A DNA stretch of 64,000 nucleotides, taken from the NCBI RefSeq assembly GCF_009914755.1, contig NC_060931.1, one strand, 5' to 3'. A program made the translations under genes and the position numbers. The stretch comes from the human T2T-CHM13v2.0 reference genome, Homo sapiens. This document shows, in pieces, positions 42,701-61,059 of this stretch (position 1 is the first letter of the stretch; every line of letters starts with the position of its first letter). The notes beneath the pieces are model-generated. The model had not been told where the DNA came from, searched no databases, and saw only the letters and a list, made by a program, of their open reading frames with translations.

Positions 42701-45700
42701 GTCTGTATCTCTTTCAGTTCTGCTCTGATCTTAGTTATTTCTGGCCTTCTGCTAGCTTTTGAATGTGTTTGCTCTTGCTTCTCTAGTTCTTTTAATTGTG
42801 ATGTTAGGGTGATGATTTTAGATCTTTCCTGCTTTCTGTTGTGGTCATTTAGTGCTATAAATTTCCCTCTACACACTGCTTTAAATGTGTCCCAGAGATT
42901 CTGATACATGTTGTCTTTATTCTCATTGGTTTAAAAGAACATCTTTATTCCTGCCTTCATTTTGTTATTCACCCAGTAGTCATTTAGGAGAAAGTTGTTC
43001 AGTTTCCATGTAGTAGTGCGGTTTGGAGTGAGTTTCTTAATCCTGAGTTCTAATTTGATTGCACTGTGGTCTGAGAGACAGTTTGTTGTGATTTCTGTTC
43101 TTTTACATTTGCTGAGGAGTGCTTTACTTCCAATTATGTGGTCAATTTTAGAATAAGTGCGATGTGGTGCTGAGAAGAATGTATATTCTGTTGATTTCGG
43201 GTGGAGAGTTCTGTAGATGTCTATTAGGTCTGCTTGTTGCAGAGCTGAGTTCAGGTCCTGGATATCCTTGTTAACCTTCTGTCATGTTGATCTGTCTAAT
43301 ATTGACAGTGTGGTGTTAAAGTCTCCCATTATTATTGTGTGGGAGTCTAAGTCTCTTTGTAGGTCTCTAAGGACTTGCTTTATGAATCTGGGTGCTCCTG
43401 TATTGGATGCATATATATTTAGGATAGTTAGCTCTTCTTGTGGAATTGATCCCTTTACCATTATGTAATGGCGTTCTTTGTCTCTTTTGATCTTTGTTGG
43501 TTTAAAGTCTGTTTTTGCAGAGACTAGGATTGCAACTCCTGCCTTTTTTTTGTTTTCCTTTTGCTTGGTAGATCCTCCTCCATCCCTTTATTTTGAGCCT
43601 ATGTGTGTCTTTGCACGTGAGATGGGTCTCCTGAATACAGCATACTGATGGGTCTTGACTATTTATCCAATTTGCCAGTCTGTGTCTTTTAATTGGGGCA
43701 TTTAGTCTATTTACATTTAAGGTTAATATTGTTATGAGTGAATTTGAGCCTGTCATTATGATGTTAGCTTGTTATTTTGCCCGTTGATTGATGCAGTTTC
43801 TTCATAGCATCGATGGTCTTTACAATTTGGCATGTTTTTGCAGTGGCTGGTGCCGGTTGTTTCTTTCCATGTTTAGTGCTTCCTTCAGGAGTTCTTGTAA
43901 GGCAGGCCTGGTCCTGACAAAATCTCCCAGCATTTGCTTGTCTGTAAAGTATTTTATTTCTCCTTCACTTATGAAGCTTAGTTTGGCTGGATATGAAATT
44001 CTGGGTTGAAAATTCTTTTCTTTAAGAATGTTGAATATTGGCCTCCACTCTCTTCTGGCTTGTAGCATTTCTGCTGAAAGATCTGCTGTTAGTCTAATGG
44101 GCTTCCCTTTGTTGGTAACTCGACCTTTCTCTCTGGCTGCTCTTAACACTTTTTCCTTCATTTCAACCTTGGTGAATCTGACAATTATGTGTCTTGGGGT
44201 TGCTCTTCTCGAGGAGTATCTGTGCTGTTCTCTGTATTTCCTGAATTTGAATGTTGGCCTGCCTTGCTGTGTTGGGGAAGTTCTCCTGGATAATATCCCG
44301 AAGACTGTTTTCCAACTTGGTTCCATTCTCCCCATCACTTTCAGGTATACCAATCAAACATACATTTGGTCTTTTCACATAGTCCCATATTTCTTGGAGG
44401 CTTTTTCATTTCTTTTTATTCTTTTTCTGTAACCTTGTCTCCTTGCTTTATTTCACTAATTTGATCTTCAATCACTGATACCCTTTCTTCCGCTTGATCG
44501 AATTGGCTATTGAATCTTGTGCATCCGTCATGAAGTTCTTGTGCCATGGTTTTCAGCTCCATCAGGTCATTTAAGGTCTTCTCCACACTGTTTATTCTAG
44601 TTAGCCATTCATCTAATCTTTTTTCAAGGTTTTTAGCTTCCTTGCAATGGATTCAAACACCCTTCTTTAGCTCAGAGAAGTTTGTTATTACTGACCTTCT
44701 GAAACCTACTTCTGTCAACTCATCAAAGTTATTCTCCATCCAGCTTTGTTCCATTGCTGGTGAGGAGCTGCGATCCTTTGGAGGAGAAAAGGCATTCTGA
44801 TTTTTAGAATTTTCAGCTTTTCTGCTCTGGTTTCTCCCCATCTTTGTGGTTATATCTACCTTTGGTCTTTGATGTTGGTGACCTACAGATGGGGTTTTGG
44901 TGTAGATGACCTTTTTGTTGATGTTGATGCTATTCCTTTCTTTTTGTTTTCCTTCTAACAGTCAGGTCCCTCAGCTGCAGGTCTGTTGGAGTTTGCTGGA
45001 GGTCCATTCCAGACCTTGTTTACCTGGGTATCACCAGCGGAGGCTGCAGAACCGCAAGTATTGCAGAAGAGCAAATATTGCTGAACAACAAATATTGCTG
45101 CCTGATCCTTTCTCTGGAAGCTTCGTCCCAGAGGGGCAGCCGCCTATATGAGTTGTCTGTCCACCTCTACTGGGAGGTGTCTCCCAGATAGGCTACACGG
45201 GCATCAGGGACTCACTTGAGGAGGCAATCTGTCCTTTCTCAGAGCTCAAACGCGGTGCTGGGAGAACCACTGCTCTCTTCAGAGCTGTCAGACAGAGACG
45301 TTTAAGTCTGCAGAAGTTGTCTGCTGCCTTTTTTTGAGCTATGTCCTGCCCACAGAGATGGAGTCTAGAGGCAGTAGGCCTTGTTGAGCTGTGGTGGGCT
45401 CCACCCAGTTCGAGTTTCCTAGCTGCTTTGTTTACCTACTCAAGCCTCAGCAATGGCAGACACCCCTCCCTCAGCCAGGCTGCTGCCTCACAGTTCAATC
45501 TCAGACTGCTGTGCTAGGAGTGAGCAAGGCTCTGTGGGCGTGGGACCCACCGAGCCAGGCACGGGAATCACCTTGTCTACTGGTTGCTAAGTCCTTGGGA
45601 AAAGCACTATTTTGGTGGGAGTGTCCTGTTTTTCCAGGTAGTCTGTCACGGCTTACCTTAGCTAGGAAAGGGAAATCCCCCAATCTCTTACACTTCCTGG

Positions 45701-45874
45701 GTGAGGCGATGCCCCCGCCTGCTTCAGCTCGCCCTCCTTGGACTGCACCCACTGTCCAACCAGTCCCAGTGAGATGAACCAGGTACCTCAGTTGGAAATG
45801 CAGAAATCACCCGTCTTCTGCGTCGATCATGCTGGGAGTTGCAGACTGGAGCTGTTCCTATTTGGCCATCTTCC
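39703..45874 (-). mobile_element. Near-full-length LINE-1 (L1PA6-like), ORFs disrupted
   Basis: TSD AGTTTCAATAGTT at 39690-39702 and 45875-45887; ORF2 RT fragment 40847-42142, EN start 43756 (MTGSNS..), ORF1 fragments 43820-44841, 5' UTR ending at AAGATGGCC. Confidence 0.95.
45453..45590 (+). other. Truncated L1 ORF0-like antisense ORF (45 aa)
   Basis: GCAATGG start; MADTPPSARLLPHSSISDCCARSEQGSVGVGPTEPGTG.. resembles ORF0 MAGAPPPASLPPCSLISDCCASNQRDSVGVGPSEPG; TAA 45588-45590. Confidence 0.7.
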
Positions 45875-45887
45875 AGTTTCAATAGTT

Positions 45888-46403
45888 CTTTATTTTATTT
45901 ATGCTATCTATTTCTTTTCCTTTTTTTTTTTTTTTTTTTTTTTTGAGATGAAGTCTTACTCTGTTGCCCAGGCTAGAGTGTAGTGGTGTGATCTCGGCTC
46001 ACTGCAACCACTGCCTCCTGGGTTCAAGTGATTCTCCTGACTTAACCTCCTGAGTAGCTGGGACTACAAGAGCATGCCATCATGCCCAGCTAATTTTTGT
46101 ATTTTTAGTAGAGATGGGGTTTCACCATATTGGCCAGAATGGTTTTGCATTCCTGACCTCAAGTGATCTGCCTGCCTCAGCCTCCCAAAATGTTGGGTTA
46201 CAGGGGTGAGCCACCGTGCCTTGCTATTTATGCCATCTATTTCACTGAAGATTCCGCCTCTCATTTCTTGAGTCATTTTTTTTAAATTTCCTTAAATTGG
46301 ACTTCACATTTTTCTGATGCCTCCTTGTTTAGCTTAATAACTGACCTTCTGAATTCTTTTTTAGGAAAATCAGGAATTTCTTCTTGGTTTGGAGCCATTG
46401 CTG
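45888..46403 (+). other. HYAL4: Probable non-coding 5' exon of HYAL4, built from antisense L1PB and antisense Alu
   Basis: Strong donor CTG|GTGAGC after 46403; HYAL4 is the known same-strand downstream neighbour; sequence matches my unverified recollection of the HYAL4 cDNA 5' UTR; start coordinate approximate. Confidence 0.55.
45915..46222 (-). mobile_element. AluS-like nested in L1PB, inside the probable HYAL4 5' exon
   Basis: TSD tatttatgc[t/c]atctatttc at ~45896 and ~46225. Confidence 0.92.
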
Positions 46404-48213
46404 GTGAGCTAGTGTAATTTTTTGGGGGGGATGTTAAAGAAAGTTGTTTTGTCATATTACCAGAATTGTTTTTCTGGTTCCTTCTCACTTGGGTAGGCTA
46501 TGTCAGAGGGATGGTATAGGGCTCAAGGCTGCTATTCAGATTTTTTGACCCACGGGGTGTTCTCTTGCTGTAGTATTCTCCCCCTTTTCCTATGGATGTG
46601 GTTTCCAGAGAGCTGAGTGGTAGTGATTGTTATCTCTCTTCTGTATCTAGCCACCTAGCTGGTCTGCCAGGCTTCAGGCTGGCACTGAGGGTTGTCTGCA
46701 CAGAGTCCTGTGATGTAAACCATCTGCAGGTCTCTCAGCCATGGATACCAGCACCTGCTCTGGTGGAGGTGGCAGCAGGGTGGAATGGACTCTGTGAAGG
46801 TCCTTAGTTTTGGTTGCTTAATGCACTATTTTTGTATTGGCCTCCTGCCAGGAGGTGGCACTTTGAAGAGAGCATCAGCTGTAGTAGCATAGGGGCATCA
46901 GGCAGTGGGCAGGGCCCTAGAATTCCCAAAAGTATATGCCCTTTGTCTTCAGCTGCCAGGGTGGGTAGGGAAGGACCATCAGGGGGGCAGGGCTAGGCAT
47001 GTGTGAGTTCAGACTCTCCTTGGGTTGGTCTTGGTGGCAGCTGCTGTGGTGGATGGGGGTGTTGTTCCCAGGCCAATGGTGTTATATTCCCAGGAGGATT
47101 AGGGTTGCCTCTGCTGTGTCATGCAGGTTGTCAGGGGAGTGAGGGAAAGCTGGCAGTCACAGGCCTCACCCAGCTCTCATACAACCCAAAAGGCCAGTCT
47201 CACTCCCACCTTGCCCTCTCAAACAGCACCGAGTCTGTTTCCAAGCAGTGGGCAAGCAAGACTGAGAACTTGCCCCAGACTACCAGCCTCCTAGCTGTGA
47301 AAGCAAACGGGGCTTTCCTGCCTCCCTGCCTGTGGAGTCTGCATACCAGATTCACACCCTCCCCTGAGGTCTGGACAGGAAACTTCAGGTTCTGTTGGAA
47401 TTGTTACAAAGTTCAGCTGGAGGTTTCCTTTTCCCTGTGGTCTTTTCCAAATACCTCTGGCAGCCCTCCCCAAGGACTCCTATGAGACAAGGCAGAAATA
47501 GCTTCCCAGGGGACTCAGAGAGTCCACAGGGCTTTTCTTGCTGCTTCCTCTATCCCTGTATTTCACTCAGCTCTCTGAATCGACCCAGCTTAAGGTAAGG
47601 TCAGAATCTTCTCCCATGATCTAGACCTTCAGGTTCCCCATTGAGGGTGTGTGTTTGGGGCAGACAATCTCCATTTCCCACTTCCACAGCTTGGGCTCTA
47701 TTTGGGGTGTCTCCTGGGTCCTCTAGGAGCATTCCGCTTCCTTCAGATGGTCTGTGAGTGCTCTCAGCTTTCCTGGTTAATTTCTGCAGTAGTTCTGGAG
47801 CAAAAGTTCACAACGTGAGTCTCCATACATTGCTCTGTCTGTCCACGTGAGAGCTGCAGTCTAGTCCTGCCTCTTGTCTGCCATGATTTCCTAGAATAAC
47901 TTTCTACTATGGTTTTTGTTTGTTTTTGTCTTTCTACTTTTAAAAAATTTCTGAGATATACTTTTAGTTGTTTTCAGTCTTTGAGTCATGTTATCCCTTT
48001 TCATTTTCAGCTTTATAGTGTATTTTTTCTAATCCTAGGTGCTGAAAATGACACAGTAAATAAATACACATGTTCAGCTCACCATCTTGAGCCATTAGTT
48101 CTAGTAAATTCATGTTGTATTTACTCAGGATGATACCTAATACTCTATTCAACGATTCCATTATCATTAAGAATAGCACATTAGGATCTATTTTTTTAAT
48201 AATACATGCTTTA

Positions 48214-48521
<308 letters not shown>

Positions 48522-48806
48522 TTAGTACACAAAGCACTTGACCCCCTTTTTTCTCTTTATTCTGGAAGTCTTACATATACAGTTTTCTTTTCTTCCTTAT
48601 TTTCCAGCTAAAGAGTCAAAGTTTTCTTTCTTCCATCTTAAGTTAGTGAATTTAAACTGGGTATTTTCAGAAAGCAATGGTCATGTATACTAAGATGCTT
48701 TTAAGAGAACTGACTTTGGTTATAAAGAGATTTAATGCAAGCCTCCAGTTTAACTTGGAGGACTGAGTCACCCCTGTAATAACATGTTTGTCTGAACCAC
48801 GCACAG

Positions 48807-48876
48807 GACATCCTTTGCCATTCAACCTCTGATTTGCACAAGGTGACTAAAGGACCAGCAGCAAACAAAAGCAAAG
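48807..48876 (+). other. HYAL4: Probable short non-coding exon of HYAL4
   Basis: Unique sequence bounded by cacgcacag| and AAG|GTAAAA; matches recollected HYAL4 5' UTR; no HYAL4 coding exon is seen in the window. Confidence 0.6.
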
Positions 48877-49983
48877 GTAAAATAGACTTTTTTTTCCTGT
48901 TTGTAAAAATTTTAAAAATTGTTTTTAGAAATTTGAGGAGTTAGAAAAAAGCCAATATTAATTTCTTGGAATACTCAATTTCTTTTGCAGCCTAACTTTA
49001 CTTAATTTTCAAATGCATTACCTTTTGAAATATGAGTTTGTTTTTATGAACCAAGCAGCCTAAAATACACATTTGTCACTGATAGTTACGAGCTAAATTT
49101 CAGTTAACTTTTTATTTATTATAAATCTACATTTGAAAATAATTCCCACTTTAATGACTACTCAAGGCTTTCTTCATTTTTCTTGTGCACATAGTTTCTG
49201 TGATTGCATTACTAACCTTAACTTGTGATAGCATCAAAATGTATTCCATGAAGCAGGTTAGTAAATTAACTACAAACAAGCCATAGGAACACATGACTTC
49301 ATGAGACAGCCACAACTTTAATATTCTTTTGAATCAATAGATGTAAAGCACTCCTCAAGCTAACTTTATAAACATAAATGTTTTCCATTAGAGTATTAGT
49401 GCGTATTTTGACAAAGATTTTACTTTTGCACCATCTTTAATGAAACATGTTTTTCATACCTAATTTTATAGTTTTACTTACCATGATGGTCAATACAAGA
49501 GGACTGTTTGTTGGAATAAGTATTGCAGATTTTAGGAAGCATGCAACATTTAAAAGGGCTCAGAAAGTGGATGATTTTTGGTTGTAAAACTGGGTCGTAC
49601 ATTTTCTTTCCAAATATTGTTAAAGTGACTGAATATTTAGAGATAACAGTCATCTGACATTTCAAAAAAGAAAAATCTTAGTAATTGGGGAGAGGATAAA
49701 TAAATAAACATATACATATATGTACATATGGATAGATTTAGATTTTCCAGAAAAGAAGGAACAAGTACCAAAACAGTATAAGGAAGGTAAATCTTAAATC
49801 ATTCAACCTGTTAAAGAGAAATCTTAAAGTTGAGAAATTTAATAATGATGGGGAAAATGCTGTTTACTTTAGTGACTATGTATGTGACTGTATGTATGTA
49901 TATAAAGTGAAAATTTGAAAAATTATGAGATAATAAAACTTGTTATCTCTAGATCCTGGAGTACCTGAATAACTAATGTACAG

Positions 49984-50322
49984 TCTCTCTCTCTCTCTCT
50001 CTCCCTCTCTCTCTCTCTTTCTCTTTCTCTCTCTCTTTGAGACAGGGTCTCTCTGTCACCCAAGCTGGAGTGCATCGGCGCGATCTTGGCTCACTGCAAC
50101 TTCTGCCTCCTGGGTTCAAGTGATTCTTCTGCCTCAGCCTCCTAAGTAGCTGGGATTACAGACACCCACCACCACGTCTGGCTAATTTTTGTATTTTTTG
50201 GTACAGACAGGGTTTCATCATATTGGCCAGGCTGGTCTTGAACTCCTGGCCTCAAGTGATTGGACCATTTTGGCCTCCCAAAGTGCTAGGATTACAGGTG
50301 TGAGCCACTGCAACTGGCCCAG
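49984..50322 (-). mobile_element. AluS-like with (CT)n tail
   Basis: (CT)n 49984-50036 then Alu body. Confidence 0.9.
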
Positions 50323-50438
50323 GCTTTCTTTTTTAAAACAATATACATAAACAAACAAAAGAGAAACCTTTTAAGACAAAATTTTTGTTCCTTCATAGAC
50401 ATGCTGACTTGAATCATCTTCATAATACTTGGTTCTCT

Positions 50439-50597
50439 GCAGGGTATGGTGGAGCGTGCCTGTAGTCCCAGCTACTCAGGAGGCTGAGGCAGGAGAATTG
50501 CTTGAACACAGGAGGCGGAGATTGCAGTGGACCGAGATCGCATCACTGCATTCCAGCCTGAACGATGGAGCCAGACTCTCTCACAAATAACAAAAAA
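50439..50597 (+). mobile_element. Alu right arm
   Basis: TSD-like acttg[g/a]ttctct. Confidence 0.85.
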
Positions 50598-50960
50598 CTT
50601 GATTCTCTATTTCACCTGTTTATACAAAACTTTCTATATTTCTATGTAGAAACATGTTTCTATATTTCTCATATGTTTTATCTTACATAGTAGCATGCAA
50701 CCCTCTTACATACCAATCAGGTAGAATTAGAGTGACACTGGATTTACCTGTTTGTTTCAAAGCTTTGGGAATTCTTCCAATAAGTGTGACACATGTTAGA
50801 ATCATTGTTACTTGAGATACTTATTGTACTGATAAATGCAATACAATTGTAGCAATAGCTAAGAAAGCTTAGTCACACGATTTATTTCAGCCTTGCTTGT
50901 AAATTAGAATTCAGTTTGAGGATGGAAAGAAGAGCTCTTGTTGAAATATGAATACTTAGA

Positions 50961-51253
50961 TTTTTGTTGCTGTTGTTGAGACAGGGTCTCACTCTGTCAC
51001 TCAGGATGGAGTGCAGTGGCATGATCACTGCTCACTGCAGCCTTGAACTCCTGGGCTCAGATGATCCTCCCACTTCAGCCTCCTGAGTATCTGGAACCAC
51101 AGGAACGCACCACCAGCCGGCTAATTTTTTGTATTTTTTGTAAAGACAGGGTTTTGCCATGTTGCTCAAGCTGGTCTCTAACTCTTGGGCTCAAGCGGTC
51201 CTCCTCCTCGGCCTCCCAAAGTACTGGGATTACAGTCTTGAGCCACCGTGCGA
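50961..51253 (-). mobile_element. AluJ-like
   Basis: gagacagggtctcactctgtcac..gatcctcccac. Confidence 0.88.
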
Positions 51254-51965
51254 CTCTACTTATAATAGAATTACAGATACTGTGAATTTCTAACAAGAAC
51301 AACCTGTAGTTGTTTTGTTCACAGACCGAAGTCTCTTTACCTAAGTACTAAGCATGGGCCTAATGTTCATAATAGGCCCAAATGCATGAATCCTGTGCTC
51401 TGTCTTATCATGAATATGTGAAAAATCTAAATCTCATTCTTCGAGGAGCAATATTTCTTTGATACACTATATTGGGTGGTTGAAGAACTGGCTACAATCC
51501 TAGGCTGGAGTTCCTCCTGCCTTTGTCAAGAGAATTCCAGAACGACCTTATTGCATCCTTAGTCTAACCCAAAATCTATGATTGGAACATTTCCAAATTT
51601 CCTTATTGTATTAGGAAATTCTCTCAAGATTACATCTGGAAATCAAAATCTATTGTGAAACATTTTGAAGTTATAAGGTTTGTGTAATTAGACTGCATGC
51701 AATTAGCAGTCTTGGACAAATAAACTTATTTTTAAAGAATTAAAAAATATTTGTATGAAAAAGTATTTCTTCACATTTATGGTTAATGTATGTTGCTATG
51801 AATTAATGTAGGAACGCAACTTACTTTACTAAGATCCAAGTGCAACACAGTTCTCACACCATGTGAATGGGAAACCAAAGTAGACAACAAATTATTTAAT
51901 GATCTTTTAAAAAATACATGCAAATTAATGATTAGTTAAATATTACATTTGATGTTTCAACAAAG

Positions 51966-58467
<6,502 letters not shown>

Positions 58468-58615
58468 AATAGAAACAAAACATAATTCAGTTGGTCACAT
58501 AACATATACTATTTGTTATTTAAACCTGGTAATGATCAGGCTGATTGGCACAATTCAGTTGCAACATCAAGAACATCATCATTTATCCAGAAGGTGTACT
58601 TGAAGTGGAAAACTA

Positions 58616-58934
<319 letters not shown>

Positions 58935-60669
58935 GAAATGTATGTGTAGCAACCATGTAAGATGTAAACCAAAAAGTGAAGAAAATTATATACAGACATA
59001 ATCCAACCAGCTCTTTATAAGCCAAAATCTACTCAGATTGCTTAATTTGATGGGCTTGAAATCTCATAGTCAAGTTTAACGAAGATTGACAGAGATATTT
59101 TAGGTAGAAAACATTAGGTGCAATGCCAAAAGGCGTTACAAACTCAGGCATGACTTAATCAAATATGTGGTAGTCAGCACATAGTGGACATAAGACGTCC
59201 ATTGAGCCATATGGTAGGATTGCTGTCTAGGTTAGAAGATCTGTCTTATGTGAAAATGTCAAACAGAGAAAGGCAAGAGTGCAGAGAGGAATGGGGAAAG
59301 GGTAGTGTGCAAGATCCTCTCCCATATTTATAAATTAGAATTTAAGTTCTAGTTCATAAATATAATTTTCAAAAGTTGAGACTTTAGTTGATAAGAACAG
59401 AATAGACATCAATACTATGTTTAGATATACAACATGCCATTACTATTATCATTGCACTCCTCTGCCCCTAAAGACAGTATTGTGATATTCTGGGAAGGCA
59501 AGTTAAAACAATAGAAATAAAAATTGAATAGGAAAAATAATGAAACTTCTTCTAGTGTGCTGTTTATGGTAACTGGCTCCAGAGTGTAAGATTTTAACCT
59601 GCACTCTTACTGACTTCTGTTATATTGCACTGAGGTATTTTGTGTTGTAAACACACCAGGGTAGTTGGACGTAATTCAAAGAAAGCAATCAGATTTGAGA
59701 AGGATTTAGAAAAGTGTGGGGAAGAATAAAAAGAAATAAAAACAATGCCATAGACATTGAAGAATAAAAAATAAGGTCAGAAGTTAGTCTTCATCAAAAA
59801 GGTATGGGTGATGAAATAAAATGGAATTGAAGAAAATCCAAGGAAAAAAGTTATCTGATGCTGAAGAAGTTAACAAGCAATCTAGCTTCCTGAGTTATTT
59901 AAAATTAGGCTGAATAAATCACCAAAACTAATATATAGTCAAAGATAAAAAAGAAAGAACAATCATTTTTTCATATCCAATTTCTCCACATACTTTTATC
60001 TGTTGTAACTAGAGTTTTGCCTTGTTTACAATCAGAGAAGGCCTATTACTGTAAAGTATATTTTTCCACTAGTATTAAATAATTCACCGGTATTGTGCAT
60101 TACATTTTGTGGAGAATAATAATACTAATCAGTTTCTTCAAGCTTATCATCAGTGTTCCTACCGAACACCTCCTAAACCATTAACCACTGTTAATTTTCT
60201 TTTACCATAGATAGTAACTAATCAATAATTAGCTTTTAATAATCAAATGTCAGAATAGAGCCTTAACTTAAAGCTCTGGCTGATAGTGTTCATTTCCATT
60301 AAAAAAAATCATTCTTATTTCCTGAAAAGGGATGTTCTTGTCAGATTGCAGATGAGCATACAATTTCTCAAATAAAATTATAAAAATGATCTTCATAACA
60401 AAATGCAAGTGAGATGTAACTTTCTTTAGGAAAACTTGATTCCTTATACTGTAGTCAGAATCGATTTGCATCTTCTCTTATATATCCAAAGAACTTTGAG
60501 TTTTTAAAATCAGATTGATGGTTTTGAGTTAGCTGTTACAGCAACATATTACAAAATTCCAACAGAACTTCCTTCTCAAATAAATCTCACCCATGCTCAC
60601 TTCTCTCACTTAGCCACCCTGTTCTCTTCCCTGGAAGCAAGCAATATAACCTTTTTTGAGTATCCCTCC

Positions 60670-61059
60670 TGATATGGTTTGGCTCTGTATCCCCACCCAA
60701 ATCTCATCTCAAATTATCATCCCATATGTTGTGGGAGGGACCTGTAATCCCCATGTGTGGAGGGAGGGAAGTGATCAGATTATGCAAGCAGTTTCCCCCA
60801 TGCTGTTCTCCTGATAATGCATGAGTTCTCACAAGATCTGATGGTTTTATAAGTGTTTGGAAGTTCCTCCTTCATAACACTTCTCTTTCCTGCCACCTTG
60901 TGAAGAAGGCACTTAATTTCCCTTTGCCTTCTGCCATGATTGTAAGTTTCCTGAGGCTTCCCCTGCCATAGGGAACTGTGAGTAAATTAAACCTCTTTCC
61001 TTTATAAATTACCCAGTCTCAGGTATTTCCTTATAGCAGTGTGAGAACAGACTAATATA
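60670..61059 (+). mobile_element. THE1-family solo LTR (THE1D-like)
   Basis: tgatatggtttggctctg..cccagtctcaggtattt..agactaatata; 5-bp TSD cctcc/gctcc. Confidence 0.88.

Noticed and set aside
46592-47598. GC-richer ORF cluster as a novel gene
   Set aside because: Lies in the 5' UTR of the L1PB element
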